Assembly: GCA_029262005.1 (NCBI GenBank)
Contig: JAJDAG010000199.1
Coordinates: 9,531 to 73,530 of the forward strand
Length of the DNA stretch: 64,000 nucleotides
Origin: Candidatus Zhuqueibacterota bacterium
Lineage (GTDB): Bacteria > Zhuqueibacterota > Zhuqueibacteria > Oceanimicrobiales > Oceanimicrobiaceae
Direction of reading: 5' to 3'
Within the stretch, counting starts at the first letter, position 1. Every line of letters begins with the position of its first letter. This document shows, piece after piece, positions 56,287 through 64,000 of this stretch. A model generated the notes under the pieces. It had not been told where the DNA came from and searched no databases. It saw only the letters and a program-made list of their open reading frames with translations. The translations under genes and the position numbers were made by a program.

Positions 56287-59200
56287 ATGCAACCTCGTAC
56301 ATTTGCTCTGAAAATTATTTTACTTCAGTTTCTCATGGCGCTGCCATCAATTCTGGTGGCTCAGCCCGTGGTGACGAGCATGAATCCGCGACAAAACGAG
56401 ATCAATGTGCCTTCCTCAAGCATCATCAAAGTGGTTTTTTCTACTGATATGAACTCCGGCACTTTGACCAGCAGCACGGTATTGGTGAGCGGTAGCCAGA
56501 CGGGATTTTATGGCGGAAATGTCGTGTATGATGCTCCAACGAGAACTGTGGCGTTTGCTCCTTTGCTTCCTTTCAAGGAAGGGGAGTTGATTTCTGTTGT
56601 TTTGACCGGGGCTGTTGAAAACACCCTGGGCCAGGCTTTGTCTCGTCCCTTTCAGTATTCCTTTACCATTGCAGTTGAATTCGGAACAGGCGCTTTCGAT
56701 GATCGGATCGAAATTTCAATTGGCCGCGATGCGGAAAATCCCATTGAGCGAGATCCGACAGCAATTTATGCCGGGGATTTTGACAATGATCAGTTTGTCG
56801 ATCTTGCTGTGGTTAACAATACGACCAACTCTGTTTCAATTTTAATGAATCGCTTTGCGAGCGTAACCGGTTCGTTTGAGGTCATCGACTCTGTGCCGGT
56901 CGGAAACGGCCCTAATGCCATCACCGGTGGTGATTTTGATAACGACGGTCTGCTTGATCTTGCTGTGGCTAATTTTGACGACAACAGCATTTCCGTTCTC
57001 AGAAATACCGGTGGCGGCATCTTTGCTCAAGCTCACACGATTTTCACTGCAGAGCATCCGACTTTTATTGAAGCCCGTGACTATAACAGTGACGGCCAGG
57101 TGGATTTGGCAGTCGTGATTCTTGGGATAAATCGTTTGCAGGTTTATCAAAATCAGGGCGGTGTTTTTGCCAATTTGCTGGATACACAGGCTACCGGCGC
57201 CAGCCCGTACGGATTCACCACAGGTGATTTTGACAACGACGGTGATCTCGATATTGTTGTGACGAATTCCGGAGATAACTCTATCATCGTTTATAAAAAT
57301 GATGGAACAGCACAATTCAGCAACTCCGGGGAAGTTTCAGTCCCTGATTTCCCAACTATGGTCGTCGCCAACGATCTGGTTGGTCGCACTGCAGGTGCAC
57401 ACGGCGATGGATTCATCGACCTTGTGTTGGTGCACCCCAATATTAATGCAGTCTCTATTTTTGATAATCGCTCCCGAGACGGCGGTTTTGTACAGGCGCA
57501 ACAATTGGATGTTGGTTTGAGGCCATCCGGCATCTTTGTTGGGGATGTTGACACAACGGATGCAACGGCTCAGTCAGCCGGCTTTGGTAAGGAACATGAT
57601 CTCGATCTTGCTGTGCCGAGCATTTTCTCAAATGATGCGTTTATTCTTCGGAATCAATTTAACAACAATTTCATCCACAATAGTTATGACGTTTATGCTG
57701 CCGGTGCAACGCCTTACAGTATCACCGGGGCTGATTTTGACAGGGATGGCGATATCGATCTCGCGGTGACGAACTTGAATGCACACGGTGTTTCTATCTT
57801 GTTGAATCAGGGTGGTTTTGCTAGTGGCATCCGGTTTAACCAGCCGCCCGGTGGCATTGATTTTGGCCAGGTTTATGTCGGCACCTATTCAACGCGGAGC
57901 TTCACTTTTTTTAATCCGACCGACCAAATAATTTCGCTGGACAATATTGGTAATACGCTTGCAGTATTTACGCCATCCGAAACACAGGCTGTGGTTGCTC
58001 CCGGCGAAATTTTAAATTTTTCAATCAGGTTCGCCCCCACGGACACAGTTGCTTATCAAGACTCTTTACTGATTCTATCCAGTGTTTTTGCACCAGCCGG
58101 TGAGCTGCGTATTCCCATGCATGGCGATGGCGTGCGGGCAATTCTCGAAGTCGTCCCTGATACATTGAATTTTGGGCCGGTTTTGCCGCCGCAAGTGGCC
58201 ACGCGCTCTGTGGAAATTTTTAATCGTGGCAACGGTGCCCTCAATATCAGTGACATGCAGGTTACCAACCCTGCTTTTTCGGTGCCGACCCGGCAGTTAA
58301 GTCTTGGTCCTTATTCCAGTCAACAACTGGCCATAACCTTCCAGCCACAACTTCCAGCGGCTTACCTGGATACGTTGTCGATTTTTACCAACGATAGTCT
58401 TAATTTTCCGTTCCTCCTCCTCTTGCTGGGTGGCCCAAATACAGCGCCGCCCAGCATTACTTCTGCGGATACCGTGGATGCTTATGAAGACAGTCTTTTT
58501 ATTTACACAGCCTCTGCCACAGACCCGGATGGTACGCAGCCTGCTTTTGTTTTTCAAAATTTGCCATCCTGGCTTGCGTTGACAGCACCGGAAGATCCGG
58601 CTAACGATGCTGTGACTGGAACACCAATGGAAGGATTTCCAGACACCAGTTTTACACTTATCGCAGTGGACGGTATTTTTTCAGACACGCTCAATGTTTA
58701 TGTTCGGGTCAATCCGGTGAATGGCCCGCCTCAATTCGTGCCAATTACGGATCAAACCACCACAGAACTAACGTTTCTGTCATTCAACGTTTTGGCTTCA
58801 GATCCGGAAGACAGCACCCTGATTATTTCGGCTGTGAATTTGCCTGTGAGTGCCGTTTTTGTAGATAATGGCGCGAATACCGGTACTTTTTCATGGGTGC
58901 CACCCGCTGATTCACGCGGCACTTATTCCGTTACATTCATAGCGCGGGAAGCCTTTGAAAGCGTGCCCTTGAGCGACACGATTGTGGTGAACATTGAGGT
59001 GCGTGCGGCACTGCCGGACTTGCAGGTAGAGTCGCTGGCAATACCAACCACAGATATTATGCAAAATCAAACGCATCCTGTGACTGGCACGGTACGGGCT
59101 GAGTTCGCTTCGATCACGCGGCCTTTCCGTTTGACCTTTTCGCACGATGGTCGTGTGGTTCGAGATACTGTGGTTACGAGTCTCGCGTATGGCTCATCTT

Positions 59201-59616
59201 TGTCGGTTACCTACTTCGCCACATTTTCCCGACTTGGTAGCCATGAAATTATTTTTGCAGCAGACCAGAACAATCAAATAGAAGAGAGTGACGAAGAAAA
59301 TAATTCGTCCGTGTTGTTGCTAAAAGCCGCTAAACCCAGGTTGGTCGTCCGCCCTAACCCTTTCACTCCCAATAGCGATGGTTTCAATGATGAAGCGGTC
59401 TTTGATTTTGGTGAACTGGTTGTCACACAGCCGGAGCTGAAAATTTTCAGTTTCAGAGGGAAGTTGCTTGCAACACTTAATGCATCGCTTGGCTCAACTT
59501 TGATGTGGGATGGACGTGATTCGAGTGGCAAAGAACAGCAACCGGGCATGTACCTTTACGTCTTCAGCGATAACCGGAAACGAATTGCCGGCGGGTATTT
59601 GGTGTTGGCAAGATAG
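56287..59616 (+). CDS. large FG-GAP/VCBS-repeat surface adhesin-like protein with T9SS type-B C-terminal domain (CHU_C / gliding-motility-associated CTD)
   Basis: At least seven GDFDNDG.lDLAV.N repeats. Ig-like modules. C-terminus RPNPFTPNSDGFNDEAVFDF...KIFSFRGKLL...WDGRD..G...PGMYLYVF, the PN.FTPNGDG.ND.F type-B pattern. Confidence 0.7.
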   Translation: MQPRTFALKIILLQFLMALPSILVAQPVVTSMNPRQNEINVPSSSIIKVVFSTDMNSGTLTSSTVLVSGSQTGFYGGNVVYDAPTRTVAFAPLLPFKEGELISVVLTGAVENTLGQALSRPFQYSFTIAVEFGTGAFDDRIEISIGRDAENPIERDPTAIYAGDFDNDQFVDLAVVNNTTNSVSILMNRFASVTGSFEVIDSVPVGNGPNAITGGDFDNDGLLDLAVANFDDNSISVLRNTGGGIFAQAHTIFTAEHPTFIEARDYNSDGQVDLAVVILGINRLQVYQNQGGVFANLLDTQATGASPYGFTTGDFDNDGDLDIVVTNSGDNSIIVYKNDGTAQFSNSGEVSVPDFPTMVVANDLVGRTAGAHGDGFIDLVLVHPNINAVSIFDNRSRDGGFVQAQQLDVGLRPSGIFVGDVDTTDATAQSAGFGKEHDLDLAVPSIFSNDAFILRNQFNNNFIHNSYDVYAAGATPYSITGADFDRDGDIDLAVTNLNAHGVSILLNQGGFASGIRFNQPPGGIDFGQVYVGTYSTRSFTFFNPTDQIISLDNIGNTLAVFTPSETQAVVAPGEILNFSIRFAPTDTVAYQDSLLILSSVFAPAGELRIPMHGDGVRAILEVVPDTLNFGPVLPPQVATRSVEIFNRGNGALNISDMQVTNPAFSVPTRQLSLGPYSSQQLAITFQPQLPAAYLDTLSIFTNDSLNFPFLLLLLGGPNTAPPSITSADTVDAYEDSLFIYTASATDPDGTQPAFVFQNLPSWLALTAPEDPANDAVTGTPMEGFPDTSFTLIAVDGIFSDTLNVYVRVNPVNGPPQFVPITDQTTTELTFLSFNVLASDPEDSTLIISAVNLPVSAVFVDNGANTGTFSWVPPADSRGTYSVTFIAREAFESVPLSDTIVVNIEVRAALPDLQVESLAIPTTDIMQNQTHPVTGTVRAEFASITRPFRLTFSHDGRVVRDTVVTSLAYGSSLSVTYFATFSRLGSHEIIFAADQNNQIEESDEENNSSVLLLKAAKPRLVVRPNPFTPNSDGFNDEAVFDFGELVVTQPELKIFSFRGKLLATLNASLGSTLMWDGRDSSGKEQQPGMYLYVFSDNRKRIAGGYLVLAR

Positions 59617-59709
59617 GTGTGCAGTCGGGTCTTTTTTTCAGAGGGGATTAAGCAGAAACAATTGATCAAGGGTCCACTAAAAATGAAATGGCAGTGCAAT
59701 TTGTAAATT

Positions 59710-61497
59710 ATGAAGAATTTGATTAAAACATACACCAGGCTTATTTTTCTGTTAGGTGCGCTTGCATTTACAGGTAACGCAACCGGCCAAAACCTGATAA
59801 TTGCCAACCCGGCTGAGATGACGGATTTTCGAGCTGCGTTTGTGAATCCATCAATTTTGGCCTTTCAGGAGTCGCATGCAGCGCTTGGTGGTAAAGTTTT
59901 TCATGTTGGCTTTACCGATGGTGCGGCCAATGCGTTTCGAACAGGTTATGTCAGCCTGGTACTACCAACCGGCGTTAGCAGTGAAACCGGTTTGGGGCTG
60001 CAGGCACAGTACTTCAACACACCGCTTTACAGCCAAAGCAACATTTCTTTCGCGCTTTCAAGGCGCTTCAGGCATATTTATTCTTTTGGGCTGCGTTTCA
60101 ATATATTTTCTCGCAGTTATAATCAAGATAAATTTGATCTGGTCGACTCCGATGACCCGGTCTTCAGAAACGGCGTAACACAGTGGGCCGGAACCTTCGG
60201 GGCAGGAGTTTCCATATTCCCATTGCCGTTTCTGAGTCTGGGCATCGGAGTCGATCATATCAATCGTGCGAACATTTCGTTGGGCGATGATACCACATAT
60301 CAACCGTTGGCAGGGTATGCCGGTTTTGCGTTAACAGCGGGCATGGTTCAGATTTCAGTGAGTAGCTCTTACGAAGACGGAGAATGGTTGCCTAAAACCA
60401 GCATCGGTACAACCGTGCGCAGGAAAGGTTATGCCATGATCGGCTACGGTCAAAATGCAATTCAGGCCGAAGGGCAGTGGCGCATTTCCGGGCCGCTGAG
60501 CCTTAATTATAACTATGAACACACTTTGTTCGACAATGAAAGCCTGGGCTCAGGCTCACATGCTGTGACTCTGATCCATGAATTTAACCGCCAGCGTGAG
60601 CTACCCAAATTTGAACTTCCGGATGAATTTAAGGCCGAATTCAACGCGCCCGACAAGCGCATGGACAAAGCGGACCAGTTTTACGTTTATTCGCTTGTTG
60701 ACAAACTCGAAATCATTGAGAAGAAACTGACGCGGGTTATTGCACCTGACATCACACCTGAGCAACTGTCTCAACTGACTTTGAATGAACTCGGAATTAT
60801 CGATTCGAGTGGCACCGAGACTGCCTCTCCATACGATGGCGTACCCGTTGACTTGGGGCTAATGCCGGCAACGCTCGATGCGCCTATTTCCGAAGAGTAT
60901 GAAAAGTATATTAATAATGTATCGCTGGTTATTAATGACAAAGGTACCAGGGCCCGCGTCATTGCACCGAAAGAGTCGTACCTCCGTGCAGCCGGCTTGA
61001 GGAAATTCTTTACGCTGGATTCATTAAGCGCCAAGAATCTGGCATTTCTCGAGCCGGTTTATAAATCTTACTCTGATAGCCTGCATGCAGCAAAAACACT
61101 TGGTAGCCGCCCTCTGAAAAACAATGAGACTTTGGTCACTCTGTCAGCGCAGTCTACGGTATTCCAGATTACGCCAATCTCAAATGTGCTGAAGCCAACA
61201 TCCTGGCGGTTGGTTATTCAGGCGGGAGACGGACGCGAAGTCAAGAGTTTTGCGGGCACGGGTATGCCTTTTACAGAATTACGTTGGGATTGGCGTGATA
61301 CACTTGGTAATCTAGTCGCACCTGACGTTTACACATATCAACTCGAATGGCAGGACGAAAACAACCTGCGCAATACAACCAATAAGAAATACATCGCCGT
61401 GCGGAAGCTGTTGCGACATGTAAATATTGAGGTTAGACATAAACCAATAGGCTCAGGAGTAGATGCTGATGAAATCGACATTATTCTCAAGAAATGA
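59710..61497 (+). CDS. candidate PorP/SprF-family T9SS outer-membrane protein (N-terminal ~300 aa) with an unusual ~300-aa C-terminal extension
   Basis: It sits immediately downstream of a type-B CTD cargo, the canonical position for porP/sprF. Signal peptide plus NPAEMTDFRAAFVNPSILAF near the N-terminus loosely matches the PorP/SprF start (Q.DP.FSQY..N....NPAYAG). Beta-strand-like periodicity to about aa 300. Confidence 0.4.
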   Translation: MKNLIKTYTRLIFLLGALAFTGNATGQNLIIANPAEMTDFRAAFVNPSILAFQESHAALGGKVFHVGFTDGAANAFRTGYVSLVLPTGVSSETGLGLQAQYFNTPLYSQSNISFALSRRFRHIYSFGLRFNIFSRSYNQDKFDLVDSDDPVFRNGVTQWAGTFGAGVSIFPLPFLSLGIGVDHINRANISLGDDTTYQPLAGYAGFALTAGMVQISVSSSYEDGEWLPKTSIGTTVRRKGYAMIGYGQNAIQAEGQWRISGPLSLNYNYEHTLFDNESLGSGSHAVTLIHEFNRQRELPKFELPDEFKAEFNAPDKRMDKADQFYVYSLVDKLEIIEKKLTRVIAPDITPEQLSQLTLNELGIIDSSGTETASPYDGVPVDLGLMPATLDAPISEEYEKYINNVSLVINDKGTRARVIAPKESYLRAAGLRKFFTLDSLSAKNLAFLEPVYKSYSDSLHAAKTLGSRPLKNNETLVTLSAQSTVFQITPISNVLKPTSWRLVIQAGDGREVKSFAGTGMPFTELRWDWRDTLGNLVAPDVYTYQLEWQDENNLRNTTNKKYIAVRKLLRHVNIEVRHKPIGSGVDADEIDIILKK

Positions 61498-61504
61498 ACA
61501 GGAA

Positions 61505-62713
61505 ATGCGAGTTAGAATAGTAAGTGTTGCGCTGTTTTTCCTTTGCACATTTTTCGTGATTTCTACACCGGTAATTGCAGGGCAGACGCCACCGAATCCA
61601 ACACAGATAGAAACGAGCGGCATGGGTGATGTCACGACTTTCTGGGCATTGACCAAGCTAGGCGGCGGCGTTTCCATAGCCATTTTTGGGGTATTGGCTT
61701 TGGGACTTTTCCTGATCGTGGTTCAGGTATATGAATTGATTCAGGATAAGGTCCGGGGAAAAATGCTTCTGGCTACTAATTATCGTCAATTGTCGGTGAA
61801 CGAAGTCAACAGGCTGGTCATGGGAGAACCCAGTAACCTCATTGCCAGATTGTATTCAGTGTTGCTTTCTATTTTTCATACAACAGGAAATACGCGTGAC
61901 TTTCATGATGAAATAGCCAACTATATTAAATTGCAGCAGGATGGATTTAACACATTTAAGAGCCGCCTGGCGTTTTTGTCGGATACGGCTGGTGCTTTGG
62001 GACTTCTCGGAACAGTCTGGGGCATGTTTGTGACCTTCTTTGGTGGAAATCTCGATAGTCAACGTATTTTAAACGGTATGGGGTTGGCGTTGGTAACCAC
62101 ACTCATTGGCCTGGTAGTAAGCATAATTTTGAATTTCTGTGCCACCGAAGTTTTCAGTGTTTTTAATCGTCGTCTTGAGTTGATTTCGTCTAAAGCAGAT
62201 GAGTTTCGGCTCTGGCTGATGGCAGTCGTGCAAAAACGGCAAAAAAAAGCCGCGGGTGAGCCCTCTGCTTCTGGAAGCAATGGCCCCAGACAGGCAATGC
62301 CTCAGGAAAACAACAGTCGTCAAAAGGCGCCAACTCTTTCGTTACGTGGACTTTCCGATGCCCAGCAAGATGGTATGATTGGGCAGAATTTGTCAAAGCC
62401 TATCGCCGTGGTTGTTGAAACCGAGCAGGGCCAAAGAGTGGCCGGCGTGCCTGTTCGTTTCGATGTGATGGATGGCGGAGGCAGCCTGGACAATCTGAAA
62501 TCTACTGCAGTATCGAAAACCGACAACAGAGGTGTGGCTCAGTTAAACTGGGCATTGGGTTCAATGGTAGGGCCGCAAAAACTGGAGGTTTCTATGCCCA
62601 ACTATGCTGGCCGAAAAATAGAGTTCGTGGCATTTGCACGGCCATTTATTCCTAATTTGACTTCTTTTGATTCAACTGTTTCCAAACCTCTCGGTGACGG
62701 TATGTTGTCGTGA
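61505..62713 (+). CDS. exbB: ExbB/TolQ/MotA-family proton-channel protein with signal peptide, N-terminal extension and ~170-aa C-terminal extension containing an Ig-like (Big_1-like) domain
   Basis: Core AGALGLLGTVWGMFVTF...GMGLALVTTLIGLVVSIILNF is the ExbB/TolQ signature. Start placed at MRVRIVS (AGGAA ribosome-binding site, signal peptide ending VIAGQ) instead of the ORF-track start, which overlaps the upstream gene. C-terminus PIAVVVETEQGQRVAGVPVRFDVMDGGGSL...TDNRGVAQLNWALGS is an Ig-like fold pattern. Confidence 0.7.
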   Translation: MRVRIVSVALFFLCTFFVISTPVIAGQTPPNPTQIETSGMGDVTTFWALTKLGGGVSIAIFGVLALGLFLIVVQVYELIQDKVRGKMLLATNYRQLSVNEVNRLVMGEPSNLIARLYSVLLSIFHTTGNTRDFHDEIANYIKLQQDGFNTFKSRLAFLSDTAGALGLLGTVWGMFVTFFGGNLDSQRILNGMGLALVTTLIGLVVSIILNFCATEVFSVFNRRLELISSKADEFRLWLMAVVQKRQKKAAGEPSASGSNGPRQAMPQENNSRQKAPTLSLRGLSDAQQDGMIGQNLSKPIAVVVETEQGQRVAGVPVRFDVMDGGGSLDNLKSTAVSKTDNRGVAQLNWALGSMVGPQKLEVSMPNYAGRKIEFVAFARPFIPNLTSFDSTVSKPLGDGMLS

Positions 62714-62780
62714 TTGGGAAAAACGGCTGAGGTTTTGGAGTACGTAAAGTAAGTAGCGTAATTATAAAAGGAATACAGAA

Positions 62781-63188
62781 ATGGGCGCAAGCGCCTCATT
62801 AATCAGGCTCATTGACGTTGTTTTTATTTTGTTGTTCGGGTTTATTTCTATCTCCGAAATTAATGAAAAGAGCAAGGTCGAGTTACCTAAAAGCAGTGAA
62901 ATCCCCGCGTCCAGTCCGGATAAAGAAAAGGTTTTTTTCCTGGGAATTGATCCGCAGGGCAGGTATTTGGTTGAAAATGAAAGTAAAGTGATTGAGAGCG
63001 CCGGGGAACTCTATTTTTACCTGCAACGAAAAGTTGCTGAGTCGGTGAGTTCCGGCGAAGAGCTCAGAGTGAGAATTCGCTCCAATTGGAATACGCCAGT
63101 CAAATTCACCATGGCCGCGGCAGATATTTGTGCAAATCTGAACATCCCGAAAGGTATCGATGTCAGGCGGGTTAATGGTGTTCTTTAG
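62781..63188 (+). CDS. exbD: ExbD/TolR-family biopolymer transport protein (paralog 1)
   Basis: 135 aa. N-terminus SLIRLIDVVFILLFGFISISEI is the single transmembrane helix with the conserved Asp, typical of ExbD/TolR. Confidence 0.75.
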   Translation: MGASASLIRLIDVVFILLFGFISISEINEKSKVELPKSSEIPASSPDKEKVFFLGIDPQGRYLVENESKVIESAGELYFYLQRKVAESVSSGEELRVRIRSNWNTPVKFTMAAADICANLNIPKGIDVRRVNGVL

Positions 63189-63253
63189 ATTTTGCCGCAC
63201 TTGTGATTTGACCGAAAGAAGAAACTCGAAATAAGAAAGTTGAAACTTGAACC

Positions 63254-63670
63254 ATGAATAGCAGCGGACTTATAATCAGACTTATCGATATTGCAATGAT
63301 CATTCTGTTTGGTTTCATTGCCATCAGCGATATTAAAGTGCGGGCTCAGATAAAATTACCCTCTGAGCAGAAGGAAGAAAATGAGCAGGTCGAACCAAAA
63401 GAGCCTGTGCTCATGTTTGTGAAAATCGATATGTCGCAAGGGTTTGTTGTAGAAGAAGGTGAGCAGGTGGTTGGCGTTACCAGTCAATTGACTGATCTGG
63501 AAAAAATTCTGCTCGAACGTTTTCATCAAAGTAAGGCAATGGGCCGGGAACTGGTCGTCTTAATAGAACCGGATGAAGATTCGATGATTCAGTATACGGT
63601 TAATGTGATGGATATTTGCGAGCGAAACAGCATCCCTAAGAACATCAACTATGAGAGCATGCAATTCTAA
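63254..63670 (+). CDS. exbD: ExbD/TolR-family biopolymer transport protein (paralog 2)
   Basis: 138 aa. N-terminus LIIRLIDIAMIILFGFIAISDI. Paralogous to the preceding gene. Confidence 0.75.
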   Translation: MNSSGLIIRLIDIAMIILFGFIAISDIKVRAQIKLPSEQKEENEQVEPKEPVLMFVKIDMSQGFVVEEGEQVVGVTSQLTDLEKILLERFHQSKAMGRELVVLIEPDEDSMIQYTVNVMDICERNSIPKNINYESMQF

Positions 63671-63999
63671 TGTACATTGCGACACCGACGACAACCCGCA
63701 ACGACCGATTAATCGCCGGAACAATTACGGCCTTCATTCTGACAAGCATGTTGGCTGCTTTGCAATGGGCCAATCTGCCGGCGGTAAAACAAAGGACCAC
63801 CAGTTACGAGGATATCAATTGGACGCGCTTTACACCAAAGCCAAAGAAGATTGTTGAGCCTCCGGCGCCCAAACCAGTTTCGGCCAAACAGCCGGTTAAG
63901 CTTGAGCCCCCACCTCAGCCGCTAACACAACCTCAGCCCACGCAAAAAATCGATTTGAGCGCGCTGAAGGTTCAGTTTGAATCCGTGGCGAAACCGGCA
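63670..63999 (+). CDS. TonB-like protein (3'-partial; transmembrane anchor plus Pro-rich spacer)
   Basis: ATG overlaps the exbD stop (TAATG at 63668-63672). Translation MYIATPTTTRNDRLIAGTITAFILTSMLAAL...PKPKKIVEPPAPKPVSAKQPVKLEPPPQPLTQPQP has a transmembrane helix followed by a proline-rich periplasm-spanning segment. The frame is open to the window end. Confidence 0.5.
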   Translation, partial: MYIATPTTTRNDRLIAGTITAFILTSMLAALQWANLPAVKQRTTSYEDINWTRFTPKPKKIVEPPAPKPVSAKQPVKLEPPPQPLTQPQPTQKIDLSALKVQFESVAKPA

Positions 64000-64000
64000 C

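Noticed and set aside
59710-61497. The 595-aa protein as a TonB-dependent transporter
   Set aside because: It is too short. There is no plug-domain motif or TonB-box-like N-terminus. The PorP/SprF-like position and N-terminal pattern fit better.
1-63999. CRISPR arrays, IS elements and prophage genes
   Set aside because: No regularly spaced short direct repeats, no transposase or integrase-like ORFs, and no terminal inverted repeats were seen. The only notable DNA repeats are the CTD-encoding pair and the 20-nt intergenic array, reported separately.

Overview
This is a 64 kb chromosomal segment, most likely from a free-living bacterium of the Fibrobacteres-Chlorobi-Bacteroidetes (FCB) superphylum. 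That placement is an inference from the combination of flagellar genes with both type A and type B type-IX secretion system (T9SS) C-terminal sorting domains. It is not a database hit. I found no rRNA, tRNA, CRISPR array, transposase or prophage genes.

From start to end the window contains:
- A 5'-partial T9SS-sorted surface protein (FG-GAP repeats plus six tandem Ig-like repeats), a truncated methyltransferase remnant, and a membrane TPR protein.
- A DUF971 protein preceded by a translationally coupled 26-aa hydrophobic micro-ORF, an OmpA-family protein, and a 460-nt intergenic region with phased ~20-nt direct repeats upstream of a polytopic membrane protein.
- A sphingosine-1-phosphate-lyase-family PLP enzyme.
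- An Hpt protein followed by two hybrid histidine kinases (a multistep phosphorelay).
- TPR proteins, one with a glycosyltransferase-like domain, and a DegT/PseC-type sugar aminotransferase.
- A minus-strand flagellar motor block, fliF-fliG-(MgtE_N/FlbB-like)-motA-motB-fliL-fliN, followed by a stand-alone FlhB C-terminal-domain gene. The gene order is non-canonical, and an HD-GYP-like gene remnant sits in the gap.
- A long-form Lhr helicase and a cytidylate-kinase-like protein.
- An envelope cluster: CHASE2+FecR multi-pass sensor, outer-membrane barrel, IPT/YVTN beta-propeller protein and a lipoprotein.
- A cluster of three T9SS type-A cargo proteins plus a von Willebrand factor A (vWA) protein. 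Two of the cargo proteins share a near-identical C-terminal domain (CTD) at the nucleotide level.
- A Reg_prop/Y_Y_Y histidine kinase with a NarL-type regulator, and an orphan receiver.
- At the 3' end, a 1109-aa FG-GAP adhesin with a T9SS type-B CTD, followed by a PorP/SprF-like gene with a 300-aa extension, then an unusual ExbB (N- and C-terminal extensions, C-terminal Ig-like domain), two ExbD paralogs and a partial TonB.

The candidates I think deserve a second look are this terminal adhesin/PorP-like/ExbB-ExbD-TonB module, the CHASE2-FecR envelope cluster, and the atypical flagellar block.

All domain calls come from reading motifs in the supplied translations; no searches were run.
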